From assembly GCF_052425735.1 (NCBI RefSeq), contig NC_135763.1:38130001-38194000 (forward strand): a DNA stretch of 64,000 bases, read 5' to 3'. The notes under the pieces were generated by a model. That model worked only from the letters and a program-made list of their open reading frames with translations, made no database searches and was not told the origin of the DNA. How positions within the stretch are numbered: position 1 is the first letter of the stretch; every line of letters starts with the position of its first letter. This DNA is from Oculina patagonica. Its lineage: Eukaryota. The position numbers and the translations under genes were made by a program. This document shows positions 35,201-46,213 of the stretch, in pieces.

Positions 35201-37085
35201 TCTAGGGATTTCATGTCATTGACCGTTGCTTCTCTTGTTCGAGCAATGTCCATTGCCTTGTCGAGCTTTAGCTTCTCATCCTTTCCAAGGAGGTTTTCTT
35301 GTACTTTCCGCTCTCGAGTACCAATAATTAACTGTTCAATTAAACGTTCTTCCATCTCGGTTTCACTGAAACGGCATTTCTGAGCTTGTAGCTTGCACCT
35401 AGCCATGAATGAATCGACAGACTCGTCCTTGGTTTGTCTGAAGCCTTGCAATTGGAAACGAGCAATTCGAAAATTCGACTTGGGCTCCAGATACTTTGTA
35501 AACTTGTCGAAAATCGTATCAGTTTTCGCTTTTTCTTCATCACTCAATTCGAAGGAGTTGAAGACTTTAAGGCCTTCTTCGCCGATCCAAAGTAGAACAT
35601 ATGTGGCCTTCTCTTTCTCTGCTTTCTTGTTCAACGGCCCGTCAAAAATGAGCTGACAGTACTGTTTGAAAGTTTTAAACGCGGTTGGCAAGTCGGTGTC
35701 ATTCCAATCCATATGGGGCGGCTTAATTCCAGATAACTCGCCCATACTTGTAAAGTGAAGTGATGACTCGTCTTGTAAACCAGCTGCACGCTACGAACAG
35801 TAGATGTCAAAATCCATGTCCATCGGGTTTATTCAATGTTCTGCCTGTCCAAAACAATGCTGGCTGTGGTTGTCCTTGTCACCGCTGCCACCATGTAATG
35901 ATATTCGGTGACTACTTAAAAGATGAGACGGATTCAACAAGGATTACTAAACACAACTTTACTCGTACAGTAATCCAAGATGGAGGCAAATTGTCTGACA
36001 TGCGCAGAGACCATGCGGTCCATAAGTAGCTAGGGAACTGGTGACTAGCCATATCATGACAGTGCCTTTAAGTAATAAGTGTATTTGTTTTTTTTTTTGC
36101 AGCTCTTAGCCCAACAGCACCTGGATATCCTCAACAGCTTGGTAACACAGACAAGGGTGCTGTTTTCTGTCAAAATTCAGAGGATCACACACTTGAAGAT
36201 GAAATGCCACCCTTTGTTACACCAACTGACCTGACAAAACTTCCCCCTCACATTCACCCAGAATCTGAGTATGTGTACCCCATGAGATCAAAACCACGAG
36301 GGATTACATTGATCATAAATAATGAATTTTCTGGTAATAATCCAGAGGCCACAAAGAAAGAGAAAGAACAAGAAGAATTGGATGTACGCCTCGGATCAAC
36401 TGAAGATGTCAAAGCACTTGAGAAGTTGTTTGAAGCACTCGATTTTAAAGTGAAAACTGAAAGAAATAAGGGAAGGAGTGAGATTCTGACGATCTTAGAT
36501 GATGTCGCACATGAGGATCACACTAGCTATGACTGCTTTGTTTTGTGTCTTATGAGTCATGGCCAGGATGGACAGTTCTACGGAGCTGATGGAGAAACTG
36601 TCCCCATTGAAACCATCCGGGATTTTTTCAGCAATGCAAACTGTCCATCATTAAGGGGCAAGCCAAAAATCATTTTCATACAGGCATGCAGAGGTCGCGA
36701 GAAGGAAAAAGGTGTGGTAGCTGATGCACCAATTAGCCCCACCCGGCAGCCATCAACTCATGACGACTTAACAGGTGAAGGAGGGGAGAGCAGTGACACA
36801 GGCTTTAACTTTGCACTTAGTAAGACTATTCCAGAGCATGCAGATATTCTGATTGCCAATTCAACTATCAGTGGTTACGCATCTTTTAGAAATCCACGTA
36901 ATGGAAGTCGTTTTGTCCGGTGCATTGTGGAGGTTTTTAAGGAATTTGCCGGCCACGAGGATCTTCTTAGCATGCTCACAATGGTGAATCAGAGGATCGG
37001 CGAAATGGGTGAAATAACCACTAAGCAGGTGTCTGAGCCGACAACAACCTTGACAAAAAAGTTGTTCTTTTGGCCTGGACTGTAA
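29300..37085 (+). CDS. CARD-domain caspase, 464 aa; exons 29300-29624, 31146-31232, 36103-37085
   Basis: Exon 1 is a CARD-like fold (IVNILYQDDVF...RKRQAEVLLD). Phase-1 GT/AG joins keep the frame. Exon 3 has YPMRSKPRG, LIINN, LMSHG, KPKIIFIQACRG, ADILIANST, SFRN and TTLTKKLFF. Confidence 0.93.
29832..30747. mobile_element. Non-autonomous DNA transposon in caspase intron 1
   Basis: ~50-bp imperfect TIRs (ATGCATCAGTCAATTGAAACCC...GGACTTACCGGG and its reverse complement) with subterminal GTTAAATCCC repeats. Confidence 0.8.
30769..31022. mobile_element. hAT-like MITE
   Basis: TIR CAGGGCTGCAAATAA / TTATTTGCAGCCCTG. Confidence 0.75.
31684..34530 (-). CDS. pol: Retrotransposon Pol (RT, RNase H, integrase), same frame as gag
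   Basis: LPFG and IADD (RT); QVDAS, NIERE, DHKPL (RNase H); HQAH..CEIC, SDNGPQY, SNGFIER (integrase). Domain order RT-RH-INT. Confidence 0.95.
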   Translation of the reverse strand, partial: KLKLVELHCEINTSNDGVHCQVPAIHSIDDLQKLYPDRFNGIGKFEGEYHIVVDPDAPVVHAPRKCPIHIKDDIRKELDEMIGLGVIKPVTEPTDWVSSVAYSQKSNGRWRVCLDPKDLNQAVKRSHHHTPTLEEITHKFKGSSVFSKLDAHHGYWSVVLDEESSFLTTFNSPFGRFRFTCLPFGLCVSQDIFQQKMDFILEKCPGTVGIADDIAVHGPTTEEHDANLHNLMLVARQHGLVFNLDKCSIKQPKITFFGMLFDAEGVHPDPKKIEAVKAIQEPQDAQELQTFLGIATYMAPFIPNLSAMSEPLRNLLKKDTDFQWSSSHSTAFENIKEAICQEVSLTYFDPKKETVIQVDASLRGLGSALIQDGKVVAFASRALTDTEKRYANIEREMLAVIVACEKFHSYVFGKKFIVESDHKPLEMIHLKNLTAAPPRLQKMLLRLQGYDMAIKYKPGTEMHLADPLSRLNPLPSEGTLDLHKVCLVQFTDTRFDSLKQDTSADPELSGLREIIYSGWPDKQKQVPVHLRKYWAYRDELSVENGLILKGERVVIPESQRSDVIERIHQAHQGFEKCRLRAKSCVFWPTINKDIESRVQRCEICQESHNTQAKETLEPHEVPTRPWQVIGTDLFFWKGDEYLLICDYYSKFPIVRKIPSGQSTGETVVGLTKCVLSEQGVPEVIISDNGPQYDCQSYKQFSKDWGFQHITSSPRYPKSNGFIERQVQTVKNTLNKAEKSGKDLTMAMLCLRSTPIDSQLPSPAELLYQRKLKSNLPIRIENQMPNRDQISQRLTERQQSMKYYHDRNAHDLSPLATGQHVRIQDQRTKKWFPGTVSCKRPEPRSYEVQTQNGSTLRRNRCHLRPAGAQHIEMGPTDENTVSEAHPSVPESTEALQSAPMPSLLSGATAASVNPTQVSMETTLPNANQGPEPVRTRSGRTVTRPARFAE
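34531..35745 (-). CDS. gag: Retrotransposon Gag-protease
   Basis: Zn knuckles CGKCGLNHGKKC and CRKCKQYNHWEQVC; aspartic protease VDTGA; ends at an in-frame TGA. Confidence 0.92.
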   Translation of the reverse strand: MGELSGIKPPHMDWNDTDLPTAFKTFKQYCQLIFDGPLNKKAEKEKATYVLLWIGEEGLKVFNSFELSDEEKAKTDTIFDKFTKYLEPKSNFRIARFQLQGFRQTKDESVDSFMARCKLQAQKCRFSETEMEERLIEQLIIGTRERKVQENLLGKDEKLKLDKAMDIARTREATVNDMKSLELQGASAGTDETNIDAVREDSNPQCGKCGLNHGKKCPAYGTRCRKCKQYNHWEQVCSRNKQTQGRQTRPPQFDGRKKYDKAKQSKVHMVEETSSNFEQLLFESIKIDSTGADVERDEAYAHVKVKLPKLGNPNALLKVKVDTGAQGNILPLRIYGKMFPDCLDENGLPKDTTPSQTKLTAYNGTSIPQHGVCSIQCSYDSSETEAKFYVADVDGPAICGLPTS

Positions 37086-37587
37086 CTTACAGTTATTAAA
37101 AGTCATCTCAGAATGTTAGAATATTAAATATAAAACTGACAATTTCTTAGTAGAATATTACATTTAAGACAAACTGCAAGCATGTTTTATACAGTGAAAT
37201 CCCAAGTTCTTGTAGGGCAATGAGAATTGGTTTGAGAAATCAGTGGTAGAATTGCAGTGTTCAGCAGAGTAAAGCAAATCCATGGAAACAAATTTCCATT
37301 CCAGTCAGGAGGTTTGGGAAATATTTAACTGTTCGAGAATTTAGGATTCCATCATACATGTGGCTTCGGCATATAGAATTTTTCAGCACCGTACATGTAC
37401 ATCTAAAATGTCTGGGATTCGAGAATGGTCATGGCATACAATGAATAAGGGAGACTCGATCTCCCAACCTATTATGCAGTAGTCAACCTTAATATGTACA
37501 GCTATACAGATCAAAAGTCATACAAAATGTTGATAGGAGGCAACCAATACAGTCAAACAGCTTAAATAGAGAAACTTGAGATCTTAA

Positions 37588-38035
37588 GGAGGGGGACATG
37601 GGGGTTTGCACTGTTTCTAATTTTTTTTTATGCGGTGCTGCGGTGAATAAAATCCCATCTTGCAGTGTTGCGGTGATCTCAAACCCTGCGGTGTGCATAC
37701 ATGTGCGATGTTTGTGTTTTTAAACCTATGGTGTTCGGTGAAACGAAATAATTGGCGGTGTTACGGTTTCTTGTCTGACACTTGCAGAACTAAATTTAGC
37801 TCTGCTATCTTTGTTAATCCGTTCCTTAATAATACTAGCATAATTTTTGTAACAAAATACTGTCAAATATTGTCTAGTTGATCATTAATACGTTTTAGCT
37901 GCCAATATCAAGCTGTTTTCATTCATAAGTAACTTGATTATATTGCGGTGGCGGTGTTTCATCAAATTTTCTTGCAGTGATGCGGTGTTTGTGTATTATT
38001 TTTGCGGTGTTCAGGGTGCCCCCATGTCCCCCTCA
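37588..38035. mobile_element. TTAA-flanked MITE downstream of the caspase
   Basis: TTAA|GGAGGGGGGACATGGGGG ... CCCCCATGTCCCCCTCA|TTAA with many internal TGCGGTG repeats. Confidence 0.7.
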
Positions 38036-39806
38036 TTAAGATAATTATAATGCTTCAAAGCCTTTGTTAAAAACAACTGCATGGTAGTTAAGTTTGGCAC
38101 CCTTTTGCAACAGGGTGGCAAAGAAAATTGATTTTCCAGGTTGCAGCCTTTATGTGCTAAACTGAAGGCCTTTCTCAGTGACCTTATTTCATCTACCAAC
38201 AAAAAGTCCATAAATGTCACTTGCTTATTATATTGAGCAAGTGATGGATTGTCAGGATAATCCACTAGACCCAGGCTACTGAACAGGAGTCTCAAGTCAG
38301 TGTTTTTTTTATTATTATTACACCAATCCTTAGATTAATTTGGCTGGAAAGCTGTGAAAATGTCTTTGCAGTTTAGGAACATTGAATTGTTTGCATGTGT
38401 GTTAAGTGAATAGCTTAGTAGGTTTACAGGACCTGTCTGGTTCTACACATCACCTAGCAGTGCAGGTTTTCACAAATAAGCTATTTGATATGATATAGTA
38501 GGAAATTTGTTCATTACTTTGTAATAAGATTGCAAATCGGTTTCATCATGCTAGTATATTTGCCATGCTTATTGTCAAAATTATAATCATCATGGAGTTC
38601 TGGTTTAAAGTATATATCATTTACATGCATGTTCATAAAGCAAGATAAATTGATTAAGAAGAAGAAGAACTTCAGTTATCAACAAGTTGTAAATTAGTCA
38701 GAGCATTTTTTACTGTGGCCCGGGGTAAAAACAAAGCTGTCATTAAAAGTAATTTTTTGTTGACTTTCTAAGTTGATCAGATCTTTTAATGTCATTAGAC
38801 AGAGATTAATTAGTGATTAATCACAAGTTTTTCTTGTGATTAAATATGCCTGAGATTCATTGAAGATTAGAGTCCTGAGAAGTTTGAAAAAAATGGTACC
38901 ATATTTCCTTAATTTTTAACGCTCCCAGGGACTTTTTATCTTAGGTTGAAGATAGGGGGCTTTGACTAAATAAGGGAGCTAAATGGAGGGTAATACAGTA
39001 AAAGTTGATTTGATTTACGGTAGCTATGTATCAATAGCTTCTCAACTGGAGTTGCTAGAATTTACATCAATGACTTTTTGTGTGCAGATATTGATTTGAT
39101 TGTAAACTGCATGATGTGCAAAATAAATTATTACGCTTTGTAAACAAACATGAGTTCATCAAGATCATGAGTTGTGACCGTCTCGTGGTCACTTAGTGAT
39201 GTTGTGGCAAACTCAAGAAGACTGGAGCATTCAACTTTGTCATTAATGTTTGGAAAAATGGCTCATGTTTAGCCAAGAAGGATTACTAATATGAAGTAAC
39301 GGTTGAGTTATTTTGTTATTTTAACAACTCGACCTTTGAAAATGCAACATTTGCAACATTTATATTTTAATTTAATATGTACTGGTAATAATTGCGGATT
39401 ATAAAATTAATCATGAGAGATGAAGTAACAATCAATTTCTGAAAGAAGATGACCGTGTTATGACCAGAATTATGGGTATGTGTGCCCCTGGCCTGCAAAC
39501 CATGATCCTAATCCCCCTTCCCCTCCAACTCCCTGTATCCAGCAAATCGCTACAGATGCAAAACACTCCCTTTTTAGCCTCATAAATTACAAAAAACCTA
39601 ATTCTATTGATTTTTACGAGGGCTTTTTTTGAAAACAATTACAGTTCCAAGTCTATTCTGTTAAAAAGCAAACCTTTTTGTCATCACAAAATATAAATGT
39701 CAGGTTGAGTGACATCATGAAATTTTTTAATATTTTTCAGTTTAGTAAGTAGGCTTTTCCAGCAATTAAAACCCTGCAAACAAACAAAAAAGACCAAAAG
39801 TACTTC

Positions 39807-40247
39807 TCAAAAGCCCAGCAATACGTCAGGATTGAGGTACTCTCTATGAACTCCACGGTTCGGATGGCAGAAACGTTGTGACAAACTGTGTATTCTTTCA
39901 TGAAGTGGTTCATAGATATTCCCATGATGCATCAGAATCTTATTATTACGTACGCATATATTTCGTAGGGTAAACCGCTGAGTAAAACCTCCATAGTTTG
40001 CAACGTGGCGACTTCGCCGACAAGGAATTATACAGAATTTTGATCTTTCTGTTACATCTAATAGGTGACTGCAAAGTTCAACACATTCTGAGCATAGGTA
40101 AGTTTTAGATGAGTATGAATAACAGGGAAAATTTGAGATCATACGTTTGTAATGTGTTTGTTTTTGCAGAAGTTCTTTGATTGTGTTCAAATTCAGTTCC
40201 GGTATGTTTCGTGATTTCAATGATCGCCGATCGACAGCTGTATACAT
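39807..40247 (-). CDS. Hypothetical 146-aa protein (unrecognised)
   Basis: Long open frame in AT-rich non-repetitive DNA between the caspase and RER1; no recognisable domain. Confidence 0.25.
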   Translation of the reverse strand: MYTAVDRRSLKSRNIPELNLNTIKELLQKQTHYKRMISNFPCYSYSSKTYLCSECVELCSHLLDVTERSKFCIIPCRRSRHVANYGGFTQRFTLRNICVRNNKILMHHGNIYEPLHERIHSLSQRFCHPNRGVHREYLNPDVLLGF

Positions 40248-41591
40248 TTTTCTTTGTGAATATCCAACCAAATTAATGTACTCTATCAAAAGATCTTAGA
40301 TTATTCCACAGCAGTTTATGATCTTATTAATTTACAGCAATAAACACGTTTATAAAGTGATATGTTACAAGATACCGGTATATTTCTTGTATGTTTCATT
40401 TGACAAATTATGTCTGCCAGTTATTTTCTAGGTAATTTCCCGGCTTCGTGCTATTGTAGGTATCAAAGATCTCATTTTTGGCTAAATTGTTAATTCTCTT
40501 TTTTTCTGTATCTTTCCTGTCAGATTTATGTTTGTGTATCACGTAAACTAAAAGCTCTAAATAATAATATAACTTTTTGAAAGGTTGTTGTCAGACTACG
40601 TCAGCATTTCAATAGTGCATCATCAAAGATAGTTGTTCTAGTTACAAAACCTTTCCTTATGACCCTGTATTAACACTGAGACAATGCCAGATGTATGAAG
40701 AAATCATTCCAAATTTGTCAGGAAAGATTATGTCTATAGTATAAAAGGAGTTTAAGCCTTCGAGTGAAACTCCATGACATGATGAGGATAGTAAGTACAT
40801 TGTATAAAGGGGGTTATTTATAATAATACATGTCTTGCCGAATTGCGGTCAGACCACTTCTTGGTCAGATCGCTCCCAGTCAGATTGCTCCCAACCAAAG
40901 TCAGATCGCTCCATCGAAAAAGTTAGAAGTTACAAGATAGTCACAAGTATAAAGAATTAACTTTTTCAATTCGTTTTTGACAGCTTGGTCAGGAGCAAGG
41001 AACAATTGGAAACAATTATTTTGACACTACCATGTTTGACAGTTTATTTAGCGTGTCATCGCACGCAACAATTGACCGATTTATAATTTTGGCTGGATTA
41101 TCTACAATTCTGAGAAAATGTTCGATGGCTTTTTTATGGCAAAACAAACAACAAAATAACATGTTGGTCTGTATTTGATTCAACTTTTACTTCGGACTTT
41201 TAGTTGTAACAAAGTTATAACTTGATCATCGTGATACACCTTGAACAATCTCTAGTAAGTAAATAAAGTTAAAACATGGAGCGATCGAAAGTTACGAGCA
41301 AAACTAAGTACTTGATCATCTGGATAGACCCTTTATGGGTCGAAGTCACTTCAGTTTAGAGCAATCTGACCATAGAGCGATCTGACCGGTGACTGTCTGG
41401 TCAGCAAATGAGTACTTGTCCAATGAGAACTTGTTACAGGCAGTGGTGTGATCATGTTTCCTCCAAGCCATAAGTTTTTGTGTCCTATAAAGTAGCCAAA
41501 GTCATTGTTGTACTGTCATGAAACTCACTGAGCATTTGGAAACACAAGAGAAATTTCAAAAAGCATAAACCATTGGTTTGTGTTTTTGGAT

Positions 41592-42334
41592 CATGTGTAC
41601 TGTAGGTGGTCTTGGTCGATATGTCGGTCGATAGTCGACCGATATATCGGTCGAATGTCGGTCGACTATCGACCGATAGTCAACCGACAGTCGACCAATA
41701 GTTGGCTGACATTTGCCAGACAGTCGACCGATATATCAGCCGATATGTAGCGATTGCCTGCCGGTGAAGTATCGGTCAAGTATCGATGGACTAACTACTC
41801 ACTAAGACTATATAGGTCAACGCATTCATTGATCGACTATCGGCCGATATATCGGTTGACAGTATATTGAGTTCACTAGATACAGACGTTCCCATTTGTC
41901 GTTATACCTCAAACTCGAGGTTTTTAACCCTTTGAATAGTCAAACTGTGTGCTCTTTATCGACAGACGGTGATACTTTATTTTAATAATAATGACAGCAG
42001 CAATAAAGCTTGATATTATGCATTTAATGGAAACTCGGAAATAAATTTGGAGCTCCAGATGGGTGCTCCAGCTCCAGCAGCGGGAAAAAAAAAAAGCTAA
42101 AATGCCATTCATTGAAATCATGGATTATTGGTGAAGTATCGATGAGGTGTTGCTCAGGTGTTGGTCAAGTGTCAGTCAAGTATCGGCCAAGTATCGGTCG
42201 AGTATCGATGGACTAAGACTAAGACTAATACATATTCATCGATCGACTATCGGCCGATAGTCGGTCGTTAGTCGGTCGATAATCGGCGGACATATTGAGC
42301 GACATATTGACCGAGACTACCTATAGTACACATG
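41592..42334. mobile_element. TIR element rich in GGTCGA/TCGACC subterminal repeats, just upstream of the first RER1 coding exon
   Basis: CATGTGTACTGTAGGTGGTCTTGGTC ... GACCGAGACTACCTATAGTACACATG. Confidence 0.8.
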
Positions 42335-42420
42335 GTCCGTGTTTTTTACATTATCCAAGTGTGTGTTTTTTAAAACTGAACGCAAATGGATGGTAATTTT
42401 TATTCTGTAGGAGGTGAAAG

Positions 42421-45400
42421 ATGGATGACGCTTCAGAAGACAGCCGGCCAGCTCAACCTGGCTTTGTTAAAAAAATTTATTTAACAATATCACAGGTAAA
42501 AGCTTTGAATAAAGTACTTATACCTTATGAAGGATTTCGCATTTGGTAATATTTTAGAACTACACAAATTATATACATGGTAGTACATGTACATGTATAA
42601 AGGAACTTTGATATTGTGATCTCGTAGTGTTTTATAATAAAATTGTACAATTAAAAAGTGAAATCATATGGCTGTAATCCACCTTACCCAGGGCATAAAG
42701 TTTTTGACTGTATGCTAAATTGATTATACAGCTGCATGTGGATAATTTCACTGACAATTTAATTTTACCTTCCTTCATGGCAGAGATACCAGAAGTTTCT
42801 TGACAGCACAGTACCACATCTGCCACTGAGATGGATTGCAACACTCGTCATGACACTGTTGTTTCTTCTGAGGGTATTTTTTCTACAGGTATGTGAACAC
42901 AAGAACATGCTCATCGTTGCTGTTTTTTCAGTTCAGCTTTCTGTGTACAAGACCAATGATTGGAGAGGTATAAACAAGAGCTGTCAATTGCCAAAAGTAC
43001 TGTGTTACATCAATTTGCCATCTTATTTCTCTGAAACTGATAACTTTCTAGTCATAAAGTTATTAAACTTCCATAAACCTCCTTTTTTTTGCCTACTTTA
43101 AGCAGGACTACTCAACTCCCCCCCCCCCCCTAAAAAAAATCCCTTTCCAAACTGCCATTCATGCATGTAACCCAAACCTGAGCCTACTCACAACATACAG
43201 AGTAAGAAAATGAGCATGCAAAGAATGTCAATCATCTCTTTACTTACACTACATGTATGTTCAGTTATAAATACAGTCTGACCTGTATTAAGTGGCCACC
43301 TATTAAGCGGCCACCCTCCATTAAGCGGCCACTTTCCAAAGTCCCGGTTTATTTGTCACTGAACTGCTGTATTTGAAACCTCTATTCAACGGCCACCTCT
43401 ATTAAGCGGCCGTGACCACCTTTTTGCTCTCGCAAGTGTATTATTTATATGGGTTTTCACCTCCGTTAAGCGGCCACCAAATTATCTTTCCAAGATAATT
43501 GGTGACAGCTAAATTTCTTTACATACTAACTGTTGATGCAAAAAGGCCAACGATGTTTTTCATATTTTTCTGTTCATTTTCAATCTGAAGAAATACTGTA
43601 CATTTCAACTATGTGCCCTCTGTGTTAGAGCTAGAACTATGCATGGGCTGAAAATACACTGGACATTGTGTTTTGTTACAATAAATTTTGGATTTATCTT
43701 TATATATGTTCACTTTTTTAAAGCATTTTGCTATATAGAGTTTATAAAATCATGTTTACTGCCATTCCTATCCAATTTATATTGTATTTCTATTAAGCGG
43801 CCAACCTCTATTTAGCGGCCACTTTTCAAAGTCCCGAGGGTGGCCGCTAAATAGAGGTCGGACTGTATATATCTTTTTTGACAAAAACATGTTTTGGCAC
43901 ATTTTTTATATATATATATATTGTCTTTACAGGGCTGGTACATAGTAACCTATGCACTTGGTATCTACCATCTTAATCTGTTTATTGCATTCCTGACACC
44001 TAAAATTGATCCAGCTTTAGAAGAATTAGGTGAGGAGGACATAGGTGTGTTCCTTCTTTGTTACTGAGTACGTTATGTATATAACATGGTTATACTGGTG
44101 GGAGGTACAATATGTAAGGCCTTATATGCTAGATGTGTGGGGAGGATAGGTGATACGGTGACTGGCCATGGTACGATGAACAATGGTGAAATGGTTAATG
44201 CACTAGACTCTGAATCTAACAGTTTGGGTTTGAGCCATAGTTGACTGGGGCCACTGTGTTGTGTTCTTGGGCAATTCGGTCTACTCTCACAATGCTTCTG
44301 TCCATTATGCTGTAGAAATAGGAACCAGTAAACTTAATGCAAGGGGTAACCCTACCATAGAATAGCATCCCATCCAGGGGGGAGTAGAAATACTCCCAGT
44401 TGCTTCATGCTACTGAAACTGGGAAAAGCTCCGGCCTGATGAGCCACTAGGCTCAAACACAGACTTTACCTACCTTGTTTCATTTGCTTGTATACGTGTA
44501 CTGTATGTACCCTTATTGATACTTGATTTAAAATAACTCTCCCCTACCCCTCTCAAAAGGCCTTGAAAAGAAAAAGGCCCCCCTTATAGAGCTTTAATGG
44601 TACTCATAGCTACCCCATAAGTCACAGACATTTATAAATGTAGTCTGTTTTGTCAATTATTGTTGTCTTGTGGTTTTACAGAAGAAGATGGTCCAGAACT
44701 CCCTACCAAAGCTGATCAAGAGTTCAGACCATTTATCAGAAGATTACCAGAGTTTAAATTCTGGTAAGTACTCTTTAGAAAGTTTAACATGCAGGTTCGG
44801 GAAATTACCACGCTGTTACTTTCACTGTTTAAGCAGAATGCTTCCGTGTGATCTTATTTTTTCTGCCCCATAGTGTGTATCTGTATGAAACACAACCTTG
44901 AATAGGTGAAATTAACCAATAAATTATTTTTAAGCCAAAGTGATTGTGATAAATTGAAACTGAGCTGTCCTGGGCTAAACCTCTGCAAAGGAACGTGGTT
45001 TAGTTTTTCAGCAGCCTTTAGTAGGAGAATCTTTGCATGACAACCAAAATAGATGCTACAAGGTAGATATTATGTACATGTTGTATTTTAAGGTAGAAAA
45101 GTTGTATTGAATACAATTTACAAACTGTATTTTCTGTTCTTTGTCCTTGCAGGTATGGAGCTACAAGGGCTGTTGTTATTGCTATAACATGTACATTTTT
45201 TGAATTTTTTAACATCCCTGTGTTCTGGCCCATCCTAGTCATGTACTTCATTGTTCTTTTTATCATCACAATGAAGAGGCAAATAAAGGTGAGAAAAAGA
45301 ACGTAATCATACAAACTTAGCTTAGCAAACAACTGGATTGTACATGCAAAACAAATCTTTTCATTCCAACCATTGCTTATTAAGATGTTAACCAGACTTG

Positions 45401-46213
45401 AATTTTCACATGAACAATGAACCCAGATTACCTTATTTTAGGAATATAACGAAGCATTTTAATGTTCAACGCGAACAAAATGTACGCGTAATAAAATTAA
45501 TGTGAATTTAAGCATAGTTCTGGTTAGATGCTTATAGTAAACGTGTTAACATAAATAAAGTTAATGCAAATTTTTGAAATTCGCGTTAATAACATGTATC
45601 GTTAATTTCCTATAATAAAGTAACATGTAATTTGAATTATATTTTGAGGCATGGTGGCTAATGGTGAGTGTGCTAGAGTCAGGATCAAGCCAACCAGGTT
45701 TAAGTCTTGTCCTGGGTCATAATTGTGTTGCGTTCTTGGAGAAGATACTTTTCTCTCACAGTGCCTCTCTCCACCTAGTTGTATGAGTAAACTGTTTTGA
45801 CCAGTATTACTGCTAGGACAACATGACAAAGTGCATGAGGAGCTCAGCTCCTTCTTAAATCCATTGAAAATTCAACTCCTTTGTTTTACGAGGGTTGCAC
45901 ATAACAGTCTTTCGCTGACAACCTTGCCCTCGTTTCGTCGTTATTTTTGTTTTTTGGGGGGGGGGAAACGGGAAACGGGAAGGGGGGGAAAAAAAAAAAA
46001 AAGGGGAGCGGGGGGAGGCCCCCCCCCCCTCCAGCTCTGTTTCCCTGCAGAAACAAATTCTTAAGGTGATATGTTTCCTCATTAGTTTGGACTATTTCTG
46101 ACAGTTTTTCTTTACATTTTCAGCATATGATAAGGTACCGATATATACCATTCACCTACGGAAAACAGAAATACAGAGGCAAGGAGGATAGCGGTGATGT
46201 GATGAAATCTTAA
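42421..46213 (+). CDS. RER1: Protein RER1 (Golgi-to-ER retrieval receptor), ~194 aa; exons 42421-42495, 42784-42888, 43933-44029, 44682-44763, 45153-45288, 46124-46213
   Basis: Spliced translation contains [52 protein letters not shown] and [21 protein letters not shown]. Confidence 0.96.
43274..43865. mobile_element. Tc1/mariner-type MITE in a RER1 intron
   Basis: TA|CAGTC ... GACTG|TA with repeated ATTAAGCGGCCAC. Confidence 0.8.
44180..44470 (+). mobile_element. tRNA-derived SINE-like element; related fragments at ~1250-1350, ~5870-6120 and ~45650-45790
   Basis: Degenerate tRNA-like head, then TGTGTTGTGTTCTTGGG, TAGCATCCCATCCAGGGGGGAGTAGAAATACTC and AAGCTCCGGCCTGATG, which recur elsewhere in the window. 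Confidence 0.6.

Larger units (their letters stand above)
31331..36061 (-). mobile_element. Full-length Ty3/Gypsy LTR retrotransposon in caspase intron 2
   Basis: 168-bp LTRs at 31331-31498 and 35894-36061 with one mismatch and TG...CA ends. 5-bp TSD GTGCC. PBS TGGTGGCAGCGGTG is complementary to a tRNA-Leu 3' end. PPT AAGGGGGA adjoins the 3' LTR. Confidence 0.97.

Noticed and set aside
41592-43865. Short regularly recurring motifs resembling CRISPR or iteron arrays
   Set aside because: They are subterminal repeats bounded by TIRs of eukaryotic MITEs, with no constant repeat-spacer structure.
44180-44260. Possible tRNA gene
   Set aside because: Degenerate tRNA-like head of a SINE; no complete cloverleaf.
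45840-46070. Extreme G/A/C homopolymer stretch
   Set aside because: Looks like a low-quality consensus or decayed repeat in a RER1 intron.
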